Sequence record: KC801932
Length of the DNA: 64,000 bases
Direction: 5' to 3' (one strand)
DNA from: Escherichia phage Lw1
The notes under the pieces were generated by a model. That model saw only the letters and a program-made list of their open reading frames with translations. It was not told where the DNA came from and made no database searches. A program made the translations under genes and the position numbers. Positions 41,459 to 52,311 of the stretch are shown in pieces; the first letter of the stretch is position 1, and every line of letters starts with the position of its first letter.

Positions 41459-43531
41459 ATGATCATGGATTATGAAACGATAATTGATGGAATTATGCAA
41501 AATTTTCAGCATCCTTGTGATGCTGAAATACCTGCTGGATCGTACAGACGTATTATCTGGCAGGGACATACAGAAGACTACCCCGCTGTTGGGGTAGAAT
41601 GGGATACTGAAATCATTCCGATCGGGACGCATCTTTACACGCAATCCCCGTTCGGACAGAAAAGCGATCCGCTTCCGGTAGTCAACTCCCCAGGAACCGA
41701 TCCAGGAACTGGGGAAGCAACCGGGATTCTGGTAGAGAAGATTGGTTATTATTTCACCACACAACAGGAAATTGACGATTATATCACTTCTATTGGTGCA
41801 ACGAAACTAACTGGTAACGATTGGTACGGCGCGGATCTGACAAAAGCAAACCTGTTTAAAAATCCGGGGGAACTCGCAATGTATAAAGTCGAGAACTCTG
41901 GTGGTTATCTGATGACTTCTGGACCTCGCTGTGATCCACGTATCAGACAGGCTTATAACGTCGATACAGGGGCGTTTACGAGCATTGATTACGATTGGAA
42001 TGGTAATCGTATTGCTTACATGAAACATGACGACACAGGGGCGCACAATTGCAAATACGTAGGGATGATGGTCAACACCAACGCAGATACGAGCATTCCT
42101 CCGGTTCCTCCGGCTATGCCGTCTGTGTATGGTGCGTTACCGAGCGAAATTTCAATGATGCGATCTGGTTTGGGTTGTGTTCCGGCGACCGTTGGGTTTG
42201 CCTACACAAACATCAGTGATGCGATGCTCGAAGCATGGAACGAAACCAGGAAATCATTCAAACTTGTATTTGACATGCTTTCTGGGATCACTAAATCGGG
42301 TTCTGGTGGTATTTCTACAATGTATGATGGTTTGTGTATCGCGATGGAAGAAATTGCAGCAGGTGCTCTTGCTTTATCCCAGCAAGCATGGCAAGCCGCA
42401 ATGAAAGTGTTTCGTGATGTTATTTCATCAGCATTGAACATTGTAGGTGGTGCGTGGGACATGATAAAAAGTTTTCTGCCTACGGTGACCATTATGGGTG
42501 TGTCGATAAACATATACGATCTGATTTTTGGTGATAACTCTGTTCAGACACTAAAAGACGCATTTCAGGCAATCATTGATTCTGGTGTACAAACATATGA
42601 AGCAATCATAAACGAAATATATGCCACTATAGGCAGTGTTTACAATTATGCGGTAGAATATGTCAAGGCTGGCGCTAGAGACCTCGTAGACGCGTGTAGT
42701 GCGTTATTTGATTGGTGTATTACTATGTTCCAGAATGGTTGTGTGGCACTGGTTGATTTATACGGAAGGATCATGCAGATCTGGTCAATGCCTCCGATGG
42801 TTCCAAACCCGTTATGGGCTGCTGTTTTGGCTATCAGAAACATCCTTATGCAGATCAAACCTCTTGATATAATTTTAAGCGGTAACTTTCCTGGTTTTAC
42901 TGCGATGGACTTGTACCAATGGGCGCAAGAAAAAGTCAAGGAATTTATTGATCAATCATACGAACAGATACGCGGATATTATGAACAGGCTAAAAATCTT
43001 TACAACATGCTAACATCGCAGACTCAGGAAAGGGATGCAATAAAACGTAAATTTGACCAGTATCTTAACTGGATGTGGGGTGCTGTTACTGATGCTGCTA
43101 CCGCTGCATATCAGGCCGCGTTGGACGCTGCAAACGAAGCAATCGAACAAACAAAGGCAATGATAGATGGTGTTAAAGCACAGATAGCCGCTCTACAGGA
43201 CGCGTTGAAAGACACGTACAGTCTCGCAATGGAAGAGTTAAAGAAACTGCCTATCATGCAGCAGATTAACGAATTCTTAGGCTACTGTGGTATTGCTTTC
43301 GATGACTTACTGAAAACGTATGATAACGCGGTTACGGGCGCAAAATCCCTGTATAAAAACTTTGTGGACAGTTCCCGATCGTTCAAGGATACCTGCAAGG
43401 TGATATACAACCAGATATGTACGCTGGCACTAAGTAAGGTGACTCAATACGTGAATAAACTGTTGTCTCTAATCGGACTGATGATCAATTTCGCATCAAT
43501 CAATATTTGCGTTCCGATGATTCAACTATAA
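41459..43531 (+). CDS. large hypothetical protein (690 aa) between genes 5 and 6
   Basis: ATG 3 nt after gene 5 stop; predominantly helical with hydrophobic stretches and hydrophobic C-terminus; no T4 counterpart of this size recalled at this locus. Confidence 0.6.
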   Translation: MIMDYETIIDGIMQNFQHPCDAEIPAGSYRRIIWQGHTEDYPAVGVEWDTEIIPIGTHLYTQSPFGQKSDPLPVVNSPGTDPGTGEATGILVEKIGYYFTTQQEIDDYITSIGATKLTGNDWYGADLTKANLFKNPGELAMYKVENSGGYLMTSGPRCDPRIRQAYNVDTGAFTSIDYDWNGNRIAYMKHDDTGAHNCKYVGMMVNTNADTSIPPVPPAMPSVYGALPSEISMMRSGLGCVPATVGFAYTNISDAMLEAWNETRKSFKLVFDMLSGITKSGSGGISTMYDGLCIAMEEIAAGALALSQQAWQAAMKVFRDVISSALNIVGGAWDMIKSFLPTVTIMGVSINIYDLIFGDNSVQTLKDAFQAIIDSGVQTYEAIINEIYATIGSVYNYAVEYVKAGARDLVDACSALFDWCITMFQNGCVALVDLYGRIMQIWSMPPMVPNPLWAAVLAIRNILMQIKPLDIILSGNFPGFTAMDLYQWAQEKVKEFIDQSYEQIRGYYEQAKNLYNMLTSQTQERDAIKRKFDQYLNWMWGAVTDAATAAYQAALDAANEAIEQTKAMIDGVKAQIAALQDALKDTYSLAMEELKKLPIMQQINEFLGYCGIAFDDLLKTYDNAVTGAKSLYKNFVDSSRSFKDTCKVIYNQICTLALSKVTQYVNKLLSLIGLMINFASINICVPMIQL

Positions 43532-43534
43532 ATA
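43527..43534 (+). promoter_or_regulatory. T4-type late promoter TATAAATA upstream of gene 6
   Basis: exact TATAAATA 20 nt upstream of the gene 6 ATG. Confidence 0.6.
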
Positions 43535-43554
43535 CCCGATAAAGAGGGGTAATA

Positions 43555-45468
43555 ATGGCTACCGTAAAGAAACAAATTAATCAGATCCCCGATATTTTCG
43601 TCGGGGCTACTTTTGATGAAATCAAATCAGATTTAATTAACTGGCTTCGTGGTCAGGAAGAATTTAAGGATTACGATTTCGCTGGCTCTCGTATGAACGT
43701 ACTGGTTGACCTGCTTTCGTATACTACACTGTACATTCAGCAAATGAGTAACACCGCACTATTCGAATCATTCATTCGAACTGCGGCGCTTCGTAGTTCT
43801 GTTGTACAAAAGGCTCAGGATCTGGGATATATGCCGGACTCTCGCACCGCTGCAAATACCTCGATTCTAATTACTGCAAAGAACCCGCTGAACCCTACGT
43901 CAATTCGTATTCCACGAGGGACGAAGTTTATCGGTACTGTAAAAGAAACAAACAGCTTCCCGTTTGTCGTATCCGATGACGTGGTGATCGTGCGTGACAA
44001 AGACAACAACTATGTTTCTATGTTAAACATTGTCCAGGGGCGTTTAGTTCGTACTGAGGTAATCTACGATGGTTCTACTATCCTGATTCGCGATCCGAAT
44101 ATAGACCGTAACCAGGTGCGTGTGTCTATCAACGGGGCGCAATGGGATGACTGGACAAACGAAAGTATCGTAAACGCAACGGGCGCAAGTACCGTGTTTT
44201 ATATGCGGGAAACCGTTGACGGACACACTGAGGTTTACTTTGGTGAAGGTGAAACCAGTCAACAGGTGGCAGGTGGTGCTCTTACCGCTGACTACATCGG
44301 GGGCTTGAAACCTGCTAACGGTTCTGTCGTTGTTATTGAATATATTTCAACCAATGGCGAAGAAGCAAACGGTGCGGAAAACTTTGTTTACGTGGATACG
44401 TTGACAAATATCAGCATTACAAGTATTGTTGAGAACCCGACCAACTCTCAGGACTACGTAGGTGCTGATGGTGGCGGTGAACCGGAAGACATTGAGCGTA
44501 TTCGTGAACTTGCTCCGATCATGCGTGAAACACAACGTCGTTGTGTTACTGCGTCGGATTATGAATCGTTCCTGTCTCACAGATTCGGTTCGGTGATCCA
44601 AGCTGTACAGTGCTTTACTGACAGTGAAAAACCTGGATATGCGTTTATCGCGGTTAAACCGAAATCAGGGTTGCGCTTAACCTCTGTGCAGAAAGAGGAT
44701 ATGCAAAACTATCTGGCGAAGTATAACCTTGCGACGATCACGCCGTCTATTCTCGACCCTAACTATCTGTATATTGTACAAAACATCAAAGTTACGTATG
44801 ATATCAGTAAATTGATTGAGTCAGAAGAATGGCTTCGTGGTCAGGTAATCAACGAAATCGACAAATACTATACTGATAACGTTGAAATTTTCAACAAATC
44901 ATTCAGTAAGTCCAAGATGTTGACCTATGTTGATAACGCGGACGTGTCGATCATCGGTTCTTCTGCAACGATTAACATGTTGCGTGAACTCGATAACTAT
45001 TACAGTGCTCCGATGTCTGGTATTCATTTCTTAAACCAGGTCGCATCACGATCCATTATATCGAACGGATTCAAGTATACAAATGCTGATGACGATTCAT
45101 ATGATGTGCGTTATGCGTCTACTGATATGGACACTACGACCGGACTTGCTAAAATCGTAATAGGGCCATTTAAAGATGGTGATATCTCAATCACTCCGTA
45201 TGCTGGGGATGATTTCGATAAATACCCTGGGGTGACGGACAGAACGAAATACTATGAGGTCGGTTATGTTGAACATTACAACGACTTCATTAGCTTCGAT
45301 CTGGGTGTTTTAAACGTCCCATCAGAACGCTTTAGCGCTGCTTATATCGAACTGACGGCTAAACCATTAGAGGAAACTATCTTTACCCGTGATGGTTCTC
45401 TGATTGTGTTTGAAAACGATCTGCGTCCTCAATATACCACGTTGACGATGAACCCGATCAGCCAATAA
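43555..45468 (+). CDS. 6: baseplate wedge subunit gp6
   Basis: IP.IFVG.TF.EIK..LI.WL.GQ.EF.DYDF.GSR.NVL.DLL.Y.TLYIQQ recalled from T4 gp6. Confidence 0.85.
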   Translation: MATVKKQINQIPDIFVGATFDEIKSDLINWLRGQEEFKDYDFAGSRMNVLVDLLSYTTLYIQQMSNTALFESFIRTAALRSSVVQKAQDLGYMPDSRTAANTSILITAKNPLNPTSIRIPRGTKFIGTVKETNSFPFVVSDDVVIVRDKDNNYVSMLNIVQGRLVRTEVIYDGSTILIRDPNIDRNQVRVSINGAQWDDWTNESIVNATGASTVFYMRETVDGHTEVYFGEGETSQQVAGGALTADYIGGLKPANGSVVVIEYISTNGEEANGAENFVYVDTLTNISITSIVENPTNSQDYVGADGGGEPEDIERIRELAPIMRETQRRCVTASDYESFLSHRFGSVIQAVQCFTDSEKPGYAFIAVKPKSGLRLTSVQKEDMQNYLAKYNLATITPSILDPNYLYIVQNIKVTYDISKLIESEEWLRGQVINEIDKYYTDNVEIFNKSFSKSKMLTYVDNADVSIIGSSATINMLRELDNYYSAPMSGIHFLNQVASRSIISNGFKYTNADDDSYDVRYASTDMDTTTGLAKIVIGPFKDGDISITPYAGDDFDKYPGVTDRTKYYEVGYVEHYNDFISFDLGVLNVPSERFSAAYIELTAKPLEETIFTRDGSLIVFENDLRPQYTTLTMNPISQ

Positions 45469-45475
45469 TTTTAAA

Positions 45476-45502
45476 CCCCTGTCATCCGGCAGGGGTTTTT
45501 TG
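45476..45502 (+). terminator. hairpin aacccctgtcatccggcaggggtt + T-run
   Basis: GC stem + TTTTTTGTTT. Confidence 0.6.
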
Positions 45503-45547
45503 TTTCCTAAATATGGGATATAAGTAACGCAAATTTGGAGAAACATA

Positions 45548-48500
45548 ATGATTAAAGCGCCGTCAATTACCAGTTTGCGCGTTGATAAACTGGCTGCTAA
45601 CTTCGTTTATTTGAAGTGGGATAGCGTCGGCATGGATTTTTACTATGTCGTGGAAATGGCTGAAACTCGCGGTGCGGGTGGTGCTGTGATTCCAGATGCG
45701 GATCTAACATGGTTCCAGTTGGGCTATGCGTATGTGAACGAATGGTTCTCTACTGCTGTGCAACCGGATAGCTTTTACAAATTCCGTATTAAGGTTACAC
45801 ATCAGGGATTTGAACCGTCTGATTGGGTTTACAGTGATGAACTCTGGACATTCACCCTTAACGCCTACGCATATTCAACCATGCGCGAATTTACACCAAG
45901 TGACGCATTTATAAACGAAAAATTCGCAAAGAACAATCAGAATTACGTGAATTTTAATACAGATGTGGTAATGGCAGCGTTGATGAAAGAAGACTTCGTG
46001 TTTTCTCCACTGTACACTGACGTATCCCAGATTAGTGATAAGATTCTTACACAGGAAAACTATCACGAGATCCAGGATCACATTGAACACGTTTGTAATG
46101 ACATTAACAGAACTTTTCTGGTAGCGTCAAACGGTTTGTTATATCTGTTTGAACGTTTTCAGAACATGGCTAAGGTATCCAATGACAAGGGGCAAACATG
46201 GCATTACTACAAGGCGTTTAACGACCGCGTAGGAAACCCCGTATCGCGCTCTGTAGCGTACCAAAGCACAAACACAACATATGTACTGGGTTATGACCGG
46301 ATCTTCTACGGGCGCACTTCAACGGATATTCGCTGGTCTGCGGACGATGTGCGATTCTCTGCTGATGACGTTACGTTTGCTAAACTGGGGAACCAGGCAG
46401 GGCTTGATTTCGACGTTGACTCATACAACACATTTGCAAAACTGCCTGGTGATGTATCGAAATATGCAGAAGCAATTGCATGTTCTGATGAATGGCTTTA
46501 TGTTGTAGCAAAAAACGTTATGCGTCGTATCGCTCTGAAACAGACACCGATCGACACCGATCCGAGTTCACCAACGTTCGGGGAAAAGATTTTCGACACA
46601 ACAAGCTATACTGTTGTACCAGGGAATGATAAAATTGTTGTTAAGAAAATGGATGTAATGAACGGTATATTATACGCGCTCGTTTCGGGTGAAGTAAAAA
46701 CAGCTCTACAAGATCCGACAAAACCGGAAAACGTTGTTCCGTCTGATGATTCTGGTGTGTATCAATGGCAAGAAGACACTAAAACTTTTGTTCGCCTGTA
46801 CGGTAATACAGAAGAGGAACGTTTCTTCATTGAACACGAATATACCAATATGTCAACAAACGGGAAAGAGATTTTTATCTCTGTTGCAAATTACAAGTAT
46901 CCTGGGACTTTGCCAGATCCAGAACTGTTGGTCACTAACCCTGAATTAATCAGTGCTGTGAAATATGATTTGCGTCCTGGTTACACTGCCAGCCTGTCGA
47001 TTAACTTCGCAACTATTCGCGCACATATCGACGACCCTACAGTATGGGAGTTCGGGCCGCAAGAATATTACAACGAAGCAAACTATAGCTGGTTTTTCCG
47101 TGATTCCGTTCGTACATGGATCACTAATGACAACCGTCCGTTGGTGGTATATCCGAAAATTGTATATGAACTCGTTACGGATACTGCGGGACCGTCCTCT
47201 ACGTTGCGCGTCAACAAAGAAGTATGGGATCGCGGACATGTTACGATTTACATAAACAACATCAAGTTCACAGGGTTCACAAAGTATACAAACGGCGTGT
47301 TGCTGTATAAAAGTTCCGGTGAAATTATCGGGTTCTTTGAACTGAGTTATCGTGCTCGTGATAGTCTAACGATTTTCTGGAAACCAGACAACACATTGCT
47401 GATTGCTGATTTAATCCAACAGGAACGCGAACAGCCTTACGTACCGGATCTGTCTTCTGGACTGATTGACCCAGATTTAAGCCATATGATTACTCGCTTT
47501 GCACCTCAAAGCTATCTGGATCAGGAATACTTCGAAAAGTTCGGTGAATACTATTTGCAATTCGTTTCTCTGGGTGAAAACACCTACTATAACAAGTTGC
47601 TGAACCTAATCAGGAACAAATACCCACGCGAGAAAAACAGCGTTGAATATCTGTGGTCGGAAGTAAACCGTCGCAATATCTACCTAGATAAAACGAAGCG
47701 TGATCAGGTTGTACGATTCTTTGAATCCCGTGCTAGTGATTTTTATTCTACGAAGGGGATCGAGGCAAGCTATAAATTCCTGTTTAAACTCCTGTATAAC
47801 GAAGATGTGTCTGTAGAGATTGAAAGTTCAAACACCCTCGAATATGATATTTTGGTTTCTTCAACGAATATCAGTCAGGATATTGTAGGACGGACGATCT
47901 ATACACCAACTGCACGAGCAAACGTAACGTACATCGAACGAGATTACAAAGACGGGCAACTGCGTTGGTCGATGACGTTACACAACGTGATCGGTAACTT
48001 CCTGGAAGGGCAGGTCGTTAAGTCTGAAAAGACTAATTTCACAGGTAACATACTGCGTGGTGTTCGTGGTAAGCAAATGGCGAATAACTCGATCGACTAC
48101 TTCAACCGTGGGCGCTCGTATTATGTGATGAAAATCCGTTCAAACCTTCCGGCTTCCCGTTATAAGGATGACGTGTTACGGTTTGTGCATCCGGTAGGAT
48201 TTGGCTTTATCGGTATTACCATGCTTACGGTTTTCATTAACTCCGGTTTATCGATGACGCATAGTGAAACGATAATTGATATCCTTCGAAACTATCGTTT
48301 TGATAGTGGGTATCCTAAGTTCTGGCCCGATCGTGTTGCGCGTCTGGATGGTAACGGAAACCAGACATTTGACCTTGTGACAGGCGAAGCATTGTACGAA
48401 CCTCACCCTAACGCGGGGCAACCGTTCGATGTTCCTCCAGAATACGACATTGACGAACAACCGCTGAATGGTGTATTGCCGTCCGCGCGTAGATTCGATC

Positions 48501-48631
48501 AAAGTCCGCTGTTCGATAGTTCTGCGGTTAAATACTCTCAGTTCCGTAACTTAGTGGAAAAACGATTGAAAGACGACGCGGGTAATCCTCGCGATCCGAA
48601 TCCACCGACTCAGATAAAGGTAGGAAAATAA
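45548..48631 (+). CDS. 7: baseplate wedge subunit gp7
   Basis: 1027 aa (T4 gp7 about 1032) in conserved 6-7-8 order. Confidence 0.75.
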   Translation: MIKAPSITSLRVDKLAANFVYLKWDSVGMDFYYVVEMAETRGAGGAVIPDADLTWFQLGYAYVNEWFSTAVQPDSFYKFRIKVTHQGFEPSDWVYSDELWTFTLNAYAYSTMREFTPSDAFINEKFAKNNQNYVNFNTDVVMAALMKEDFVFSPLYTDVSQISDKILTQENYHEIQDHIEHVCNDINRTFLVASNGLLYLFERFQNMAKVSNDKGQTWHYYKAFNDRVGNPVSRSVAYQSTNTTYVLGYDRIFYGRTSTDIRWSADDVRFSADDVTFAKLGNQAGLDFDVDSYNTFAKLPGDVSKYAEAIACSDEWLYVVAKNVMRRIALKQTPIDTDPSSPTFGEKIFDTTSYTVVPGNDKIVVKKMDVMNGILYALVSGEVKTALQDPTKPENVVPSDDSGVYQWQEDTKTFVRLYGNTEEERFFIEHEYTNMSTNGKEIFISVANYKYPGTLPDPELLVTNPELISAVKYDLRPGYTASLSINFATIRAHIDDPTVWEFGPQEYYNEANYSWFFRDSVRTWITNDNRPLVVYPKIVYELVTDTAGPSSTLRVNKEVWDRGHVTIYINNIKFTGFTKYTNGVLLYKSSGEIIGFFELSYRARDSLTIFWKPDNTLLIADLIQQEREQPYVPDLSSGLIDPDLSHMITRFAPQSYLDQEYFEKFGEYYLQFVSLGENTYYNKLLNLIRNKYPREKNSVEYLWSEVNRRNIYLDKTKRDQVVRFFESRASDFYSTKGIEASYKFLFKLLYNEDVSVEIESSNTLEYDILVSSTNISQDIVGRTIYTPTARANVTYIERDYKDGQLRWSMTLHNVIGNFLEGQVVKSEKTNFTGNILRGVRGKQMANNSIDYFNRGRSYYVMKIRSNLPASRYKDDVLRFVHPVGFGFIGITMLTVFINSGLSMTHSETIIDILRNYRFDSGYPKFWPDRVARLDGNGNQTFDLVTGEALYEPHPNAGQPFDVPPEYDIDEQPLNGVLPSARRFDQSPLFDSSAVKYSQFRNLVEKRLKDDAGNPRDPNPPTQIKVGK

Positions 48632-49623
48632 TGGCTCAACAAAACATCTACCGTGCGGTCGTAACTGGTAAGTTCCGCACGGAAAACATGATGAACTTTC
48701 GTGATATGATCGGGGATGACCCCGATCACAACTCGATTTATATGTCAATCGGGAGAACAGAACAATGGGCTGATAATGAATCAGATCCTGAGTTTGCTCC
48801 CCCGTATCCGAACGATGATACAGATGGTATTGTTGATATGTGGACGCATATGATCGGCACGACGAAAGTTCCTGGCGAAATGATTGATGCAATCGTTCCG
48901 CGTAAAGACTGGGGCGATACTCGATACCCAAACCCGAAAATATTCTATGTGAATGATATCGTGGTTGTCAACTCCGCTCCTTATAACCGTACTGACTATG
49001 GTAAAGGATGGATGGTATACCGCGTTGTAGACGTTCCTGATATCGGTTCTTGCTCTATCTCCAGTATCACGGGTAAAGTTGAATGTGTGCGCATTGGTGG
49101 CGTTTGGACGCCTACTCATGAATCTGTCGAACCCCCGCGCGGGGAAGCAAACGGGATTGATATGGGTGACGGGTATATTTGGGAATATCTCTATACTATC
49201 CCTCCTGATGTCGTGATCAACCGTTGCACAAACGAACATATTGTCGTTCCATTCCCTGATGAACTTGAAGAAGATCCGGTACGCTGGGGTTACGATAACG
49301 TGATTAAATGGTATCCAGATATGTATGATTTGGTGTTCCGTATGAAGGTACACTCAATGCGATTCCGTGCATATATGGATTCTCTGTTCTTCCCGCAAGC
49401 CTCATTACCTGGCAACCGTGGGTTCCGTCAAGTCAGCGTGATTGTTAACCCTCTGCTCAAAAAGGCGCAACCAACAGATCCAGAAGTGAAAGCAACCGGA
49501 CAATTTTATACACGGGATCAGCTTGAACTTGATTCAGGGCAAATGATCTACATGGAAAACAGACAACCGATTATTCGTTCTCCTGATCAGACCGAAGAAG
49601 TCAGTATTATTTTCGAATTCTAA
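48631..49623 (+). CDS. 8: baseplate wedge subunit gp8
   Basis: 330 aa, TAATG coupling to gene 7, synteny. Confidence 0.7.
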   Translation: MAQQNIYRAVVTGKFRTENMMNFRDMIGDDPDHNSIYMSIGRTEQWADNESDPEFAPPYPNDDTDGIVDMWTHMIGTTKVPGEMIDAIVPRKDWGDTRYPNPKIFYVNDIVVVNSAPYNRTDYGKGWMVYRVVDVPDIGSCSISSITGKVECVRIGGVWTPTHESVEPPRGEANGIDMGDGYIWEYLYTIPPDVVINRCTNEHIVVPFPDELEEDPVRWGYDNVIKWYPDMYDLVFRMKVHSMRFRAYMDSLFFPQASLPGNRGFRQVSVIVNPLLKKAQPTDPEVKATGQFYTRDQLELDSGQMIYMENRQPIIRSPDQTEEVSIIFEF

Positions 49624-49633
49624 GGAAAACATA

Positions 49634-50497
49634 ATGGCATATCAAACAGGCAAAAAATTAATTGACGTGGGGCAGATCGGCAACCCGTCAACTGGTGACC
49701 CGCTGTATGACGGCGGTGTAAAACTTAACGAAATCATCACCAACGTGTATAACGCGTTTGGTGATGTGCGTTTACTGACTGCAAACGATGGTGTGGGTAC
49801 AATGCTGCTCCACGCTACCGGATATTTTCAGAAGTTACCACGTACCTATTATTCAGGCAATCCGATCGAACTGGGTTCCTTGCATGATATGGATACGTCA
49901 ACAGGACCGATCACGGTTGTTCTTCCTTCTGGCAAAGCGGGTGAAGGATGTTATTTCATAAATAGTAACGGTAGTATTTCTGTTGACCGTCCTCTGGTGT
50001 TCCGTCCTCAAGTTGGCGATAATATCAAAGGTGTCCAGGATCAGCTTTACATCACCTCTCCATACACCCAGATTAAATTGTGGTGTGTTAAGAAAGAGGG
50101 TTCTGTAACCACATGGGATTATTCAGTCGAATCAATGTTCGGCTCTAAAACAATGCCAGTGGATACTACCAAACTAATTCTGAAAGCATCACCGACCGCA
50201 ATTCCTTTATTCGGTTACACTGAATTCAGCGGGGCGAAATTGCTCGTATATGCTGAAAGTATGACAGGAACAGTCAATAAAATGGCTGAAATCCTTCTCG
50301 CGGTAGACCGTATTGCTAAAGGCGTGTATTCAACAGAATATGCTGTTCTGAAAAATAGCGATGACGATATGTACACCCTTACTTTCACTGTCGGCGCTGG
50401 TGATGTGGTATATGCAAACGTACAATCCAAAGTCGAAGATCGCATTAAGTTTTCGATTAAAGCGATTGACACCATTAAATCAGGGATCGCAGCATGA
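49634..50497 (+). CDS. 9: baseplate wedge / long tail fibre attachment protein gp9
   Basis: KKLID.G.IGN.STGD...DGG.K.N, YNAFGD, FINSNGSISV, SPY...L.C, W.YS.ESMFG recalled from T4 gp9. Confidence 0.85.
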   Translation: MAYQTGKKLIDVGQIGNPSTGDPLYDGGVKLNEIITNVYNAFGDVRLLTANDGVGTMLLHATGYFQKLPRTYYSGNPIELGSLHDMDTSTGPITVVLPSGKAGEGCYFINSNGSISVDRPLVFRPQVGDNIKGVQDQLYITSPYTQIKLWCVKKEGSVTTWDYSVESMFGSKTMPVDTTKLILKASPTAIPLFGYTEFSGAKLLVYAESMTGTVNKMAEILLAVDRIAKGVYSTEYAVLKNSDDDMYTLTFTVGAGDVVYANVQSKVEDRIKFSIKAIDTIKSGIAA

Positions 50498-52311
50498 AAC
50501 AAGAAATTATTATAGGTAACGTGGTTGATGACGGCGCTGGCGATTACTTACGCCGTGGTGGTCAAAAAACAAACGCGAACTTTACCGAATTATATGAAAA
50601 GCTGGGTGACGGGGAAATCCCTCACCCAGCGGGTGCGTGGAAAACGCATTCCGCTCCTACATTGAACCCTATTTTTGGTGATTCATGGGCGCTGAATACC
50701 AGTAACAACCGTATTACTGTAAACCTCCCTAAAGGGGGCGTAAGCGATTATAACAAGGTTATTCGTCTGCGTGATGTTTGGAGTAAATGGGCGGTTAACA
50801 ACGTGCGTATCGTTCCGGCAACGGGAGACACCATCAAAGGTTCACCAACTTACAAAGAACTGTACAAAGATTTCATGGATGTTGAACTGGTTTATTGTGC
50901 TCCTGGGCGTTGGGAATACGTCGAGAACAAACAGGTTGACAAAATAACAACTTCGGATCTGGCTACCGTAGCGAAAGAAACCTATATCGCAACTCAGGGA
51001 CAGACAGACTTCCCGAATGTGTTCGGTCCTGGCAACATGTACAACGTTCGTGCTCTCGAAGTCTACTATCGTGGTAACTTGCTGTACATCGACGATAAGA
51101 ACGGCTTTAATGAAGCAAACAGTGATTACGGTTCGCCTGGGGCAACTGCGGGGCAACTCGTAGAACTGGATGGAACCAACATACGCCTTAAACGTCCCTG
51201 TAACGCTGGTGACACGCTTCAATTTGTCACCTATATGGATGGTATAGCAACATGGCGTTCGACGTATGAAGCGCATACAATGCGCGTATACAACACTGGA
51301 GACACTGAACTTGTGAGCGTACCTGGTGAAATCTGGGTTGGCGATCTGGCTAACAAGAAAGAATTCACCACTGCTGAATTTGGTATCAGTTCCCGTGTGT
51401 TGATTAACCCGAATTCATTCGAACTGCTGCTGAACGGTCGTCAGCTTGTAAAAGCAGGTGATGCGGATCTTCCTACGTTTGTTTGTGAAGGTGCGGAAGG
51501 TTATGATGAAGATAGCTGTTTGGCTAACTCCGGTTTATGGGTTCCGTCTGGACAGGATTACAGTCTAATCTTTGTTAACTCTATTGTGACTGGGATTAAG
51601 TTTCATCAGGCACTGGAAACCCGCGATGTGGTAACAATCCGTTGGTTCAATAACGATATCGGAACCGTAATGGAATGGGACGGCGTAGGCGGTATTAAAG
51701 AGCATACGGATAAACTGTATCTGAATAACGAAGACGAATTGACTTTGGTTAATCAGATTGAATATACAGACTACAACAACCCGTCACAAAAAACAATGCG
51801 TAAGGTTGCAGATCCTTTCGTTGGTCGTCTGTTGGATTTGCAAGCGTTTTTCGATGTGATTCACCCTATTGGGACAATTTACGAAAACGCACACAACGAC
51901 GCAAACCCAGGCGATTATATGGGATTTGGTATCTGGACACGATATGCAGAAGGGATGTTTATTGCTGGTTGGACTACCGATGCAGCAGATAGCGATTTTG
52001 GGCTGAACAATAACGATCTGGATGGTTCCGGTCAACCTACACACACATCAGGTGGTACTGGTGGTGAACGCGGCTACGAAATCAAACCGATCAACGTTCC
52101 ACAAATCGAATCTACCGATAAAGTTCTGATTAAGGACGATAACGGGATCATTATCATTGGTGGTTGTCAGGTTGACCCAGATGCAACAGGACCAGGATAC
52201 ACTAAATACCGTGAGGATGTATTGAAAGTAAATCAGGGTAATACTACTCCTGATAAGCTGAAAACGCTCCCTCCGTATATTACTGCACATCGCTGGATAA
52301 GGGTAGCATAA
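50494..52311 (+). CDS. 10: baseplate wedge subunit gp10
   Basis: 605 aa (T4 about 602), ATGA coupling, synteny. Confidence 0.7.
   Translation: MKQEIIIGNVVDDGAGDYLRRGGQKTNANFTELYEKLGDGEIPHPAGAWKTHSAPTLNPIFGDSWALNTSNNRITVNLPKGGVSDYNKVIRLRDVWSKWAVNNVRIVPATGDTIKGSPTYKELYKDFMDVELVYCAPGRWEYVENKQVDKITTSDLATVAKETYIATQGQTDFPNVFGPGNMYNVRALEVYYRGNLLYIDDKNGFNEANSDYGSPGATAGQLVELDGTNIRLKRPCNAGDTLQFVTYMDGIATWRSTYEAHTMRVYNTGDTELVSVPGEIWVGDLANKKEFTTAEFGISSRVLINPNSFELLLNGRQLVKAGDADLPTFVCEGAEGYDEDSCLANSGLWVPSGQDYSLIFVNSIVTGIKFHQALETRDVVTIRWFNNDIGTVMEWDGVGGIKEHTDKLYLNNEDELTLVNQIEYTDYNNPSQKTMRKVADPFVGRLLDLQAFFDVIHPIGTIYENAHNDANPGDYMGFGIWTRYAEGMFIAGWTTDAADSDFGLNNNDLDGSGQPTHTSGGTGGERGYEIKPINVPQIESTDKVLIKDDNGIIIIGGCQVDPDATGPGYTKYREDVLKVNQGNTTPDKLKTLPPYITAHRWIRVA

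Noticed and set aside
41459-41760. PAAR-like spike tip domain at the N-terminus of the 690-aa ORF
   Set aside because: No PAAR motifs or conserved metal-binding pattern could be recognised by eye; left as a hypothesis to test structurally
40752-49353. Minus-strand ORFs inside structural genes (40752-41120 in gene 5; 46946-47239 in gene 7; 48781-49353 in gene 8)
   Set aside because: Antisense to strongly supported late genes
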